Numbered from the stretch's first letter, positions 26,655 through 35,379 are shown. The stretch is DNA of 57,677 nucleotides from an uncultured Oscillospiraceae bacterium (GCA_964614955.1 CAZTNR010000002.1:1-57677); one strand, 5' to 3'. The notes: a model not told the origin generated them from the letters alone. A program made the numbers and translations.

Positions 26655-29240
26655 ATGAAGAAGTTTTTATGTCTGCTCTTGGTTGCAATAATGCTTTGTG
26701 TAGGTGTAAATGCGGAATTCGAAAAGGTTAATACTTATAACAATAACTTTTCGGATGTAACTGATTCCAATTGGTATGCAGAAAACGTGAAGACTGCATA
26801 TGAGCTCGGCTTTATGAACGGTAAGTCCGAGGGCAAATTTGATCCCAACGGCACAGTTACCGTAGCCGAGGGTATTACTATGGCTGCACGTATCCACGCC
26901 ATTTATAACGGCAATGATATTGATGCACATAAGAAGGTCGTTGAAGAATACGGCTTTACGTTTGAAGACGGTAAGGTGCCTACAGCATATAACCGTGCAA
27001 CAGGCCGCGTAGAAGATGGTGTTCTTATAGTACAGCCCGATAAACCTAACTCCAACGGTGCGTATGACCCCCAGGTTTCCTTCAACAAGCTCAGCTTCTC
27101 GGCTTCTGACTATAATCTTCTCAAGTTCCGTATGAAGATTGAGCCTCTTGATAATACTGATACATCAAAGCCCAGAAATGAAGTGCTTCAGTTCTACTTT
27201 ATGACAAATCAGTCCAGCGGAATTACTGCCGATAAGGTTGAGTATGTAAAGCTTAAAGAGCTTGGCAAGGATCTTACTGACTGGTTCGAGGTTGAAGTTG
27301 AGCTTTCGGGTAATGAAAAGTGGATTGATACTATCACAGGCTTCCGCTTTGACCCCTCCGACGATAACGGTATTTTCTATATTGACTATATCACATTCTC
27401 AAAGAGTGAAAATACTACAGGTCAGAAGTGGTATCAGAAGTATGTTGACTATGCCACAGATTACAATCTCTATGGCAAGAATGACTTTTCTTCTTCTGAT
27501 ATGAACAGAAATATAACGCGTGCTGAAATGTGTAATCTTATTGCAGCATCCGTTCCCGAAGAAGAATTTGTTGCTATCAACGACGTAAAGGGCATTCCCG
27601 ATGTTCTACGTGATGCAAGAAATGCCGATGTTTACCTTATGCTTTATAAGGCAGGTATCGTTCTCGGTGATACAGAGGGTAACTTTAAGCCTGCTTCCGA
27701 TATAAAGAGATCTGAAATTGCTGCTATCATCAATAGAGTAGCTCTTCCCGAAAACAGAGTAAAGGGTACAACAAAGACCGACTGGGCAGAGCAGGGTAAT
27801 GAGTATGACGTTGAATTCAACTCTGCCGATGACCTTGCACGTGCTGTTCCCGGTGACTGCGATTTTGCTGAAATTAAGAACGGCGCAATCACAATCATCC
27901 CCAGGGATAGAGGCGAAAACCGTTCTCCTCAGTTTGACCCCAAGCTTCTCGTTTCCAACATCAATGTAAATGCGGACGAATTTGCAAAGCTCAAGGTAAG
28001 AATGAAGGTTGATTTTGAGGGCACACCCAATCCCAGCCAGACAAAGTTCGACTTCTACTTTAAGACCGAAGGCGACGAATCTCTTTCCGAAGCAAAGTCA
28101 ATGCATCAGGCATTCACAGAATACAGCTATGTTGATGCTGCCGGCTGGTATGTAATGGAGGTTGACTTCACACTCCATAAGGAATGGAAGGGTAATATCG
28201 TTGAATTCCGTTTTGACCCCGCAAATACAAACGGCACATACACAATCGACTACATAAGACTTGCTAAGGGCGATCCTCTTCACGGCGCTTCTCACGAATT
28301 GCTTATCAGCGAAGGCTATACTGCAACAAGACTTATGCAGGACGAACACTTTGAAAGAGGCTTCGGCGTTGCTAATGTTGAGCAGAAGGAAGGCTATACA
28401 CACGGTACTTGGCAGACCTTCACAGATACCGACGAAAAGCCCCTTTGGGGTATCGGTCCCTGGTGGATTGGTACAGGCGAAGGCTTTGAAGTGGTCGATC
28501 TTTGGGACGACAGAGATTTGGCTGCCGATAAGTATACTCTTACAGATAAGTACGGTATTAACACTGTTAGGTATAACCCCGAAGAAAACTCTATCATTAT
28601 GCGTCAGAACGGTGCGGCTCTCTATCAGGGTAAGCCCCACGATAAGGAGACATATAAGTGGTGGCCTCATCTTCTTCTTGAACAGTCTGTTTCTCTCACA
28701 GGTCCCGTTGATAAGGTAAGAAACTCTGCGGCTGCGGACAGAACCTTCTTTGAAATCGACGTAAAAATGAATGACTATAAGGATACAACAAATCCTGAAG
28801 GCACTAATGTTTCATCATATCTCGTTTACTTCTATCTCGTAACAGATAAGGCACCCGGTCAGAGAATCTGGTTTGGCTTTAAGCTCTTTACAGGTGAAGC
28901 AGCTAACGGCACAGTTACACCTTCCTGGAGTCCCGACTCTGCAGCAAATCAGTATATGTACGGTATTCAGCCTGCTGATATTTATGACGGTCTTGAAAAC
29001 TCCTTCAACCCCGAAAAGGGTGTTGTTACTGCTGACGGTGAATGGAGACACGTCAGAATGGATATCACTTCCCACATCAAGAGAGCTGTTGAATGGGCAA
29101 ACCGTGATAACATCTTCGGTACCGAAGTGACTGTTGAGGATATGTACTGGAACGGCGTAAACATCGGCTTCGAAACACACGGTAACTATGACTACGAGTT
29201 CGAATTCAAGAACTTTAATATGGTTTCCTATAACAAGTAA
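26655..29240 (+). CDS. SLH-anchored surface protein, paralogue B (861 aa)
   Basis: RBS AAAGGAGAAAA. Domain order: signal peptide; SLH1 (26748-26909); module (26943-27401, ...FRFDPSDDNGIFYIDYITF); SLH2-SLH3 (27426-27752); second module (...FRFDPANTNGTYTIDYIRL); C-terminal domain 28270-29240 (KWWPHLLLEQ, RIWFG, WSPDSAANQYMYG, GVNIGFETHGNYDYEFEFKNFNMVSYNK). Confidence 0.92.
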   Translation: MKKFLCLLLVAIMLCVGVNAEFEKVNTYNNNFSDVTDSNWYAENVKTAYELGFMNGKSEGKFDPNGTVTVAEGITMAARIHAIYNGNDIDAHKKVVEEYGFTFEDGKVPTAYNRATGRVEDGVLIVQPDKPNSNGAYDPQVSFNKLSFSASDYNLLKFRMKIEPLDNTDTSKPRNEVLQFYFMTNQSSGITADKVEYVKLKELGKDLTDWFEVEVELSGNEKWIDTITGFRFDPSDDNGIFYIDYITFSKSENTTGQKWYQKYVDYATDYNLYGKNDFSSSDMNRNITRAEMCNLIAASVPEEEFVAINDVKGIPDVLRDARNADVYLMLYKAGIVLGDTEGNFKPASDIKRSEIAAIINRVALPENRVKGTTKTDWAEQGNEYDVEFNSADDLARAVPGDCDFAEIKNGAITIIPRDRGENRSPQFDPKLLVSNINVNADEFAKLKVRMKVDFEGTPNPSQTKFDFYFKTEGDESLSEAKSMHQAFTEYSYVDAAGWYVMEVDFTLHKEWKGNIVEFRFDPANTNGTYTIDYIRLAKGDPLHGASHELLISEGYTATRLMQDEHFERGFGVANVEQKEGYTHGTWQTFTDTDEKPLWGIGPWWIGTGEGFEVVDLWDDRDLAADKYTLTDKYGINTVRYNPEENSIIMRQNGAALYQGKPHDKETYKWWPHLLLEQSVSLTGPVDKVRNSAAADRTFFEIDVKMNDYKDTTNPEGTNVSSYLVYFYLVTDKAPGQRIWFGFKLFTGEAANGTVTPSWSPDSAANQYMYGIQPADIYDGLENSFNPEKGVVTADGEWRHVRMDITSHIKRAVEWANRDNIFGTEVTVEDMYWNGVNIGFETHGNYDYEFEFKNFNMVSYNK

Positions 29241-29336
29241 TAAAAATTTAAATAGCATTGGTTAAGATATAATAGATAAGCAAAAAATAAATATATTCTT
29301 TCTTTGAAAGAGTTGCAATATTTTATCACAAAGCAC

Positions 29337-29366
29337 AAAAAGGGTTGACATCTGTCAGCCTTTTTT
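29337..29366 (+). terminator. Intrinsic terminator after paralogue B (part of the composite terminator-promoter element)
   Basis: AAAAAGGGTTGACAtcTGTCAGCCTTTTTT: a GC-containing stem with one G-U pair, flanked by A- and T-runs. Confidence 0.75.
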
Positions 29367-29374
29367 GTTATAAT
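29345..29374 (+). promoter_or_regulatory. Promoter of paralogue C, with the -35 embedded in the preceding hairpin
   Basis: TTGACA (29345-29350), an 18-nt spacer, then TATAAT (29369-29374), 40 nt upstream of ATG 29414. Confidence 0.6.
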
Positions 29375-29413
29375 TTTTACATATAACCGATGGTATATGA
29401 AAGGATGATACTA

Positions 29414-32400
29414 ATGAAGAAAATACTTGTATTTTTAGTTGTGGCACTTATGCTTGCAATCGGTGCATTGGCTCAGGATACGCCGGCTGAAACAAACACG
29501 CTTCGCTATGACTTTGACGGCATAGACGGAATATCTTTTTACCGTGCAAGCGGCGATGTTGAGAATGGAGTTCTTGTATATAAGCCTGATACACCTGCAA
29601 ACGGCGGAAGCTTTGACCACGGCTTTTTCCTTGAAGATCTCGGTTTCGATGCTTCTGAATACGATACTCTCAAAATTCGTATGAAGCGTGATAAGCTTGA
29701 TAATACTGACCCTAACAAGTCAAGACCCGAATGGCTTCAGGTTTATTTTCTGACAGCCAATGAAACAAGCTTTACTGCTGACAGAGGTGTTTCCGTAAAT
29801 CTTAAAGTAACTATTGGCGAAGAAAACCTTTCCGATTGGTTTGAGGTTGAAGTGAAGCTTTCGGGTAATAAGCTCTGGAATGGTGAAATCCCCAGAATGC
29901 GTATTGATACTACGGATAATAACGGCGTGTATTATGTTGATTATGTTGAGCTTACAAGCAGTGCCGCGGTAAAAAAGCCCGAAGTGACTGAAAGTGAAAC
30001 AGAAGAAAATGAGACTCCGGAGGAAATTAACATTTCCTTTGAAAAGGTTAATACATATGCCGGTAACTTCGGTGATGTTCCCGCTACATCTTGGTATGCC
30101 GAAAATGTAAAGATGGCTTACGAGCTTGGCTTTATGAACGGCAAGTCCGAAGGCGAGTTTGACCCAAGTGGAAATGTAACGGTTGCTGAAGGTATAACAA
30201 TGGCAACGCGTCTTCACGCTATTTCAATAGGCAGTGAGGTTAGTCAGGAAACGGCGTCCGGTTCTGATTCTTTGCGCTATGATTTTGATTCAATGGACGG
30301 CATTTCTCTTTCTCATGCTGTTGCAAAAGCGGAGGACGGTCTTCTTGTCCTTCAGCCCGATGCCCCTCTTTCCAACGGTCTATATGACCCCGGCTTTTTC
30401 CTTGACGGACTCGATATGTACGCCACCACCTACGATACATTCAAGATTCGTATGAAGAGAGATAAGCTTGATAATACCGACCCCAACAAGTCAAGACCCG
30501 AGTGGCTTCAGGTTTATTTCCAGACCATAAATGATCTTAACTTCAAGGGCGAAAGAGGCTATTCCGTAAATCTTAAAAATGTGATAGGCGAGGATAAGCT
30601 CTCGGATTGGTTTGAGGTTGAAATCAAGCTTTCCGACAACGCACTCTGGAAGGATACCATTTCAAGAATGCGTATCGACCCGACAGATAATAACGGCATT
30701 TATTATATTGACTACATCGAATTTTCAAAAAGCGGCGAGAAGAGCGCAAACGAAAAATGGTATGACCTTTATGTAAGCTATGCTCTCACACATAACATTA
30801 TCAAGCAGAACACATTCTCTACCGAAGAATACACAAGAAACATAACACGTGCCGAAATGTGTAATCTTTTTGCTGCGGCTCTTCCCGAAAACTATTTCCC
30901 TCCCATAAATAAAGTTACGGCAATTCCTGATATGGATAAGAATGACTACTATGCGGATATTATGCTTATGCTCTACCGCGCAGGTGTTGTTCTCGGCTCC
31001 GATGCTGAAGGAAACTTCAATGCCTCTTCTGATATTAAGAGATCAGAGGTTGCGGCAATTATCAACAGAGTTGCACTTCCCGAAAATAGGGTAAAGGGGG
31101 AAATTACAGGTGACTGGGCAAGCTCATACCATTTGCACGATATTGAATTTAATGATCCTTCTGAACTTGATAATCTCTATTTGCCGGAATCAAGCTCAGA
31201 AGGTGAAATCAAGGACGGACACCTTGTTCTTAAGCCTGTCGAAAGAAAGGTTGCACCCACATATGATGCACAGGTAGGAAAGCTGGGAACAAGCATCCGC
31301 GCCGATGAATATACTACTCTCAGAGTCAGAATGAAGATAGAGTATAAGGGTGCAATCGGCAGAACAAAGGGCGAATTCTTCTTTACTCCCGAAGGCGTTG
31401 GAAATTTTGCTCAGGATTACGGATATTTCCCCGATTTTGAAGCGGGATATTATGTTGATGCCGCCGGCTGGAGAGTTTACGAATTCTATCTCGGCGGAGT
31501 TGAAAACTGGAAGGGTAATATCACAGGCTTCCGCTTTGACCCCACAAACAATAACGGCGTATATACTATCGACTATATCCGTTTTGTCAGAGAAGAAAGC
31601 ACAATGATTGTCTCTGATGAAGAACTCGAAAAGAATTATACTGCAACAAAAGTGTTCGAAGACGAGGGATTTGAAACAGGCTTTATAGTAAAAGAACCCG
31701 ACGGTGATAGAAAAGCGGTTGGTACATTTACATACGGCGATGAGACAAAAGAGCCCAAGTGGTATCTTCTTCCCTGGTGGACAAAGGCTTGCTTTATAAA
31801 TGATGCGGCAGAAACAAATGATAAATATACAATAGCCGATAATATAGGAGCAAAAACCTTTAAGTATAATCCCCAAGAAAAGTCTGTCACAATGAGACTT
31901 GATACAGAAAAGGTTTATGAGGGCAAGGCTCACGGTGCTGATGATATGTGGCCGCACCTTCTTGTCGAGCAGTCTTTGTATGCAGATGATTATTCCAAGG
32001 TTCCCGAGGAAAAGAAGGAGAGCCTTGACCTCGGTGCAGATAAGGTTTACGTTGAAATGGAAGTAAAGCTTAATGAGCTCGTTGACCTTGACGCTCATAA
32101 CAGACAGGACGGCGTAAGAAGTCATATTAAGTATAATGTTTACTTCTACGTTGCACACAAGGATATTCCAGGTACACATACATATTTTGGCGTAAATCCT
32201 CTTGATACAAGAGGAAATAACTCCACACAATATGACTGGTTCAATGATACCGAATCTACTATGATGATTTACAGAGTTCCCGCTTCTGATTTTGTAACAG
32301 AAGAAAACGCACTCGGTAATGACGACGGAACGTATAATATGGGCGAATGGAAGAAGATAAGAGTTGATATCACTCCTCACCTTGAAAATATTGCATCACT

Positions 32401-32554
32401 TCTTACAAAGGACAATACACTAAAGAGAAGCGTTACACGTGATGACCTCTGGATGAGCGGCGTTAATGCGGGCTTTGAAATCTGGGGTAACTGGCAGTGT
32501 GAGGTTGAAATGAGAAACCTCAACGTAATTTGCTACGATAAAATAGAAGCGTAA
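29414..32554 (+). CDS. SLH-anchored surface protein, paralogue C (1046 aa), with an extra N-terminal module
   Basis: RBS AGGA 8 nt before ATG 29414; the track ORF starts at ATG 29390, which has no RBS. Domain order: signal peptide; module; acidic linker; SLH1; duplicated module; SLH2-SLH3; module (YTIDYIRFVRE); a divergent C-terminal domain (MWPHLLVEQ ... GVNAGFEIWGNWQCEVEMRNLNVICYDK). Confidence 0.9.
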   Translation: MKKILVFLVVALMLAIGALAQDTPAETNTLRYDFDGIDGISFYRASGDVENGVLVYKPDTPANGGSFDHGFFLEDLGFDASEYDTLKIRMKRDKLDNTDPNKSRPEWLQVYFLTANETSFTADRGVSVNLKVTIGEENLSDWFEVEVKLSGNKLWNGEIPRMRIDTTDNNGVYYVDYVELTSSAAVKKPEVTESETEENETPEEINISFEKVNTYAGNFGDVPATSWYAENVKMAYELGFMNGKSEGEFDPSGNVTVAEGITMATRLHAISIGSEVSQETASGSDSLRYDFDSMDGISLSHAVAKAEDGLLVLQPDAPLSNGLYDPGFFLDGLDMYATTYDTFKIRMKRDKLDNTDPNKSRPEWLQVYFQTINDLNFKGERGYSVNLKNVIGEDKLSDWFEVEIKLSDNALWKDTISRMRIDPTDNNGIYYIDYIEFSKSGEKSANEKWYDLYVSYALTHNIIKQNTFSTEEYTRNITRAEMCNLFAAALPENYFPPINKVTAIPDMDKNDYYADIMLMLYRAGVVLGSDAEGNFNASSDIKRSEVAAIINRVALPENRVKGEITGDWASSYHLHDIEFNDPSELDNLYLPESSSEGEIKDGHLVLKPVERKVAPTYDAQVGKLGTSIRADEYTTLRVRMKIEYKGAIGRTKGEFFFTPEGVGNFAQDYGYFPDFEAGYYVDAAGWRVYEFYLGGVENWKGNITGFRFDPTNNNGVYTIDYIRFVREESTMIVSDEELEKNYTATKVFEDEGFETGFIVKEPDGDRKAVGTFTYGDETKEPKWYLLPWWTKACFINDAAETNDKYTIADNIGAKTFKYNPQEKSVTMRLDTEKVYEGKAHGADDMWPHLLVEQSLYADDYSKVPEEKKESLDLGADKVYVEMEVKLNELVDLDAHNRQDGVRSHIKYNVYFYVAHKDIPGTHTYFGVNPLDTRGNNSTQYDWFNDTESTMMIYRVPASDFVTEENALGNDDGTYNMGEWKKIRVDITPHLENIASLLTKDNTLKRSVTRDDLWMSGVNAGFEIWGNWQCEVEMRNLNVICYDKIEA
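29501..29953 (+). repeat. Intragenic duplicated module, copy 1 (151 codons)
   Basis: LRYDFDGIDG...KIRMKRDKLDNTDPNKSRPEWLQVYF...NNGVYYVDYVEL. Long near-identical nucleotide runs are shared with 30272-30724 (attcgtatgaag...gataagcttgataata..gac..caacaagtcaagacccga.tggcttcaggtttatt). Confidence 0.85.
30272..30724 (+). repeat. Intragenic duplicated module, copy 2 (151 codons)
   Basis: LRYDFDSMDG...KIRMKRDKLDNTDPNKSRPEWLQVYF...NNGIYYIDYIEF. It is the same length as copy 1 and is separated from it by SLH1. Confidence 0.85.
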
Positions 32555-32606
32555 TAACGTATATGTTCTTTTTTCTAAATAGTTGTTATATTTTATCTTA
32601 TAAAAC

Positions 32607-32636
32607 AAAAAGGGTTGACAATTGTCAGCCTTTTTT
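32607..32636 (+). terminator. Intrinsic terminator after paralogue C (composite element)
   Basis: AAAAAGGGTTGACAatTGTCAGCCTTTTTT, nearly identical to 29337-29366. Confidence 0.75.
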
Positions 32637-32644
32637 GTTATAAT
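32615..32644 (+). promoter_or_regulatory. Promoter of paralogue D, with the -35 embedded in the preceding hairpin
   Basis: TTGACA (32615-32620), an 18-nt spacer, then TATAAT (32639-32644), 40 nt upstream of ATG 32684. Confidence 0.6.
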
Positions 32645-32683
32645 AAGACGTAATAATTTTGCATAAAAGAAAGGAACAGGCAA

Positions 32684-35284
32684 ATGAAAAAATTATTGGT
32701 TTTGCTTATGGCTGCAGTAATGCTTGCTACAGGCGCAAATGCTGCGTTTGAGAAGGTTAATAAGTATGAAAACAATTTCTCTGACGTAAAAGACACAGCG
32801 TGGTATGCTGAAAACGTTAAAACAGCATACGAACTCGGCTTTATGAACGGTAAATCCGAAGGCATGTTTGACCCCAATGGAAATGTAACAATTGTTGAGG
32901 GTATCACAATGGCTTCCCGTCTTCATGCTATTTACAACGGTACTGAAGTAAAGAAGAACGAAAACAAGGAAGTTTCCGAATACCGTATTGAATTCGATGA
33001 TCCCGAAATTCTTGTTGACCTTTCCCAAAGAAACTCAAGAAACACACATGGTGTAAACTTTAACAGAGCATACGGTGAAATCAAGGATGGTGTGCTTATC
33101 TGTCAGCCCGATGCTCCCAACGCATCAGGCAACTATGACCCTCAGATCAAGTTTGAAGGTCTTGAGCTTCCCGCAAAGGATTATAACAAGGTTATTTTCT
33201 GTATGAAGAGAGATGTTCTTCCCGACATTGACGACAGAAAGAGAAACGAAGTTCTTGAATTCTACTTCCAGACAAGCACGGCTCCCAACATTTCCGCAGA
33301 TAAGTGTGTATATATCAAGCTTCCCACTGATCAGGATCTTTCAGATTGGTTCGTTGTTGAAGCCGATCTCGGTAACCACGAATTGTGGAAGGACATAATC
33401 ACAGGCTTCCGATTTGATCCCACAAACCATAACGGTGTTTACTATATCGACTACATTGGTTTCGGCAAGAGCGAAAACATCAAGAGCGATAAGTGGTATG
33501 ATATGTATATCGATTATGCTATCGAAAACGGCATTATCGGTAAGACAGACTACACAACAGACGAATACAATAACAATATCACAAGAGCTGAAATCTGTGA
33601 CATGATCGCAGCAGCTATCCCCGAAGAACACTTTGCACCCATCAATGATGTAAAGGGTATTCCCGACGTACTCAGAGACTCCAAGAACGCAGACGTTTAC
33701 CTTACACTCTATAAGGCTGGCGTGCTTCTCGGTGACACAAACGGCAACTTCAATCCCGAGGCTGACATTAAGAGATCGGAAATCGCAGCTATCATCAACA
33801 GAGTAGCTCTTCCCGAATCAAGAGTTAAGGGCACTGTTGACTGTGACTGGGCTGACCAGGGTAACCAGTATGACAGAGAATTCTATGATGCATCCAGCCT
33901 TGAAACCATTACATACAAGAAGTGTGACCTTGAAGTTGTAAACGGCGCTCTCGTTGCAACGGCTCAGTTTATGGGTGCCGATGCAAAGCCTCCGTATGAC
34001 ACACAGATTGGTGTTGAAGACATTTCTCTTAACGCTGACGACTACACAAAGCTCAGAGTAAGAATGAAGATTGATTTCATCGGTGAAAACGATGAGGTTT
34101 CCAGAAAGGGCGACTTCTACTTCAAGACAAGCGAAGATGAAAACCTTTCCGAGACAAAGGCTCTTCATGCAGACTTTGGTGCAACATCCTATAAGGATCC
34201 CTTCGGCTGGTACATCATCGACGTTGACTTTGCAACACATAAGGAATGGAAGGGCAATATTACAGGCTTCCGTTTTGACCCTGCAAACGCAAACGGTAAA
34301 TTTACAATCGACTATATCAGACTTGTAAAGGCTGATCCTTTAAAGAATGCTTCCCATGAAACACTTATCGGTGCAGGCTATGAAGCAACATACCTTATGC
34401 AGGATAAGGGCTGGGATAACGGCTTCTATGTAGGTCACTATGAACAGTCTAAGACAGTTGATATGGAAAGCCGTATCTGGCAGTACAATGAAACTGACGA
34501 AAAGCCTCTTTGGAGCATTGCTCCTATTTGGAACACATATGACCTTTGGGACCACAAGGTAGTAGACGGCAACAAGTACGTTCTCACCGACGATAAGGGT
34601 ATTAACACTCTTACTTATAACCCCGAAGAAAAGTCCATGTCCATGAGACTCAATGCTACAAAGATTTATAACGGCGAGCCTCACGACCCCGAAACATATA
34701 AGTGGTGGCCTCATCTCCTTCTTGACCAGCAGGAATCTGTTCCCGTTGATAAGGAGAAGAATTCCGTAAATGCTGACAGAATGTATATTGAACTCGACAT
34801 GAGAGTTACTGACTTCAAGGATACATTAAATCAGGAAGGCAGCAACGTATGTTCTTTCCTTGCATACTTCTATCTCAAGACAGATAAGAACCCCGCTGCC
34901 AAGATCTGGTACGGCGTCAGACTTTTCCCCGGTCTCAGCGCAAGCACAAGCACAACTCCCGGTTGGGCTCCCGACTCTGCAGCTCATATGTATATGTACG
35001 GTATTACTCCTGCTGATATCTTTGGCGGAATTGAAAATTCCTTTAACCCCGAAAAGGGCGTAGTTACTGTCAGCGACGAATGGAAGCATATCAGAGTTGA
35101 TATTACAGAACATATCGACAGGTGTGTCGAATGGGCTAACCGCGATAAGGCTTACGGTGTTGAAGTAACTAAGGAAGACCTCTACTTCAACGGCGGTAAT
35201 ATAGGCTTTGAAATCCACGGTAACTACGATATGACTGTTGAAATCAAGAATCTTGATATCGTATCCTACAACAAGGCTGACTAA
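32684..35284 (+). CDS. SLH-anchored surface protein, paralogue D (866 aa)
   Basis: RBS AAAGGAA and a signal peptide. The architecture is SLH1 / module (YYIDYIGF) / SLH2-3 / module (FTIDYIRL) / C-terminal domain 34327-35284 (KWWPHLLLDQ ... GGNIGFEIHGNYDMTVEIKNLDIVSYNK). Confidence 0.92.
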   Translation: MKKLLVLLMAAVMLATGANAAFEKVNKYENNFSDVKDTAWYAENVKTAYELGFMNGKSEGMFDPNGNVTIVEGITMASRLHAIYNGTEVKKNENKEVSEYRIEFDDPEILVDLSQRNSRNTHGVNFNRAYGEIKDGVLICQPDAPNASGNYDPQIKFEGLELPAKDYNKVIFCMKRDVLPDIDDRKRNEVLEFYFQTSTAPNISADKCVYIKLPTDQDLSDWFVVEADLGNHELWKDIITGFRFDPTNHNGVYYIDYIGFGKSENIKSDKWYDMYIDYAIENGIIGKTDYTTDEYNNNITRAEICDMIAAAIPEEHFAPINDVKGIPDVLRDSKNADVYLTLYKAGVLLGDTNGNFNPEADIKRSEIAAIINRVALPESRVKGTVDCDWADQGNQYDREFYDASSLETITYKKCDLEVVNGALVATAQFMGADAKPPYDTQIGVEDISLNADDYTKLRVRMKIDFIGENDEVSRKGDFYFKTSEDENLSETKALHADFGATSYKDPFGWYIIDVDFATHKEWKGNITGFRFDPANANGKFTIDYIRLVKADPLKNASHETLIGAGYEATYLMQDKGWDNGFYVGHYEQSKTVDMESRIWQYNETDEKPLWSIAPIWNTYDLWDHKVVDGNKYVLTDDKGINTLTYNPEEKSMSMRLNATKIYNGEPHDPETYKWWPHLLLDQQESVPVDKEKNSVNADRMYIELDMRVTDFKDTLNQEGSNVCSFLAYFYLKTDKNPAAKIWYGVRLFPGLSASTSTTPGWAPDSAAHMYMYGITPADIFGGIENSFNPEKGVVTVSDEWKHIRVDITEHIDRCVEWANRDKAYGVEVTKEDLYFNGGNIGFEIHGNYDMTVEIKNLDIVSYNKAD

Positions 35285-35344
35285 AAGGAAAACTGCATAT
35301 TAAGGTTCACGATTTTTTACATAATTGTCGCGAATTATTAACAC

Positions 35345-35371
35345 AAAAGGTTGACTTAGGTCAGCCTTTTT
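35345..35371 (+). terminator. Intrinsic terminator after paralogue D (composite element)
   Basis: AAAAGGTTGACttagGTCAGCCTTTTT. Confidence 0.75.
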
Positions 35372-35379
35372 GTTATTAT
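35351..35379 (+). promoter_or_regulatory. Promoter of paralogue E, with the -35 embedded in the preceding hairpin
   Basis: TTGACT (35351-35356), a 17-nt spacer, then TATTAT (35374-35379), 39 nt upstream of ATG 35418. Confidence 0.55.
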
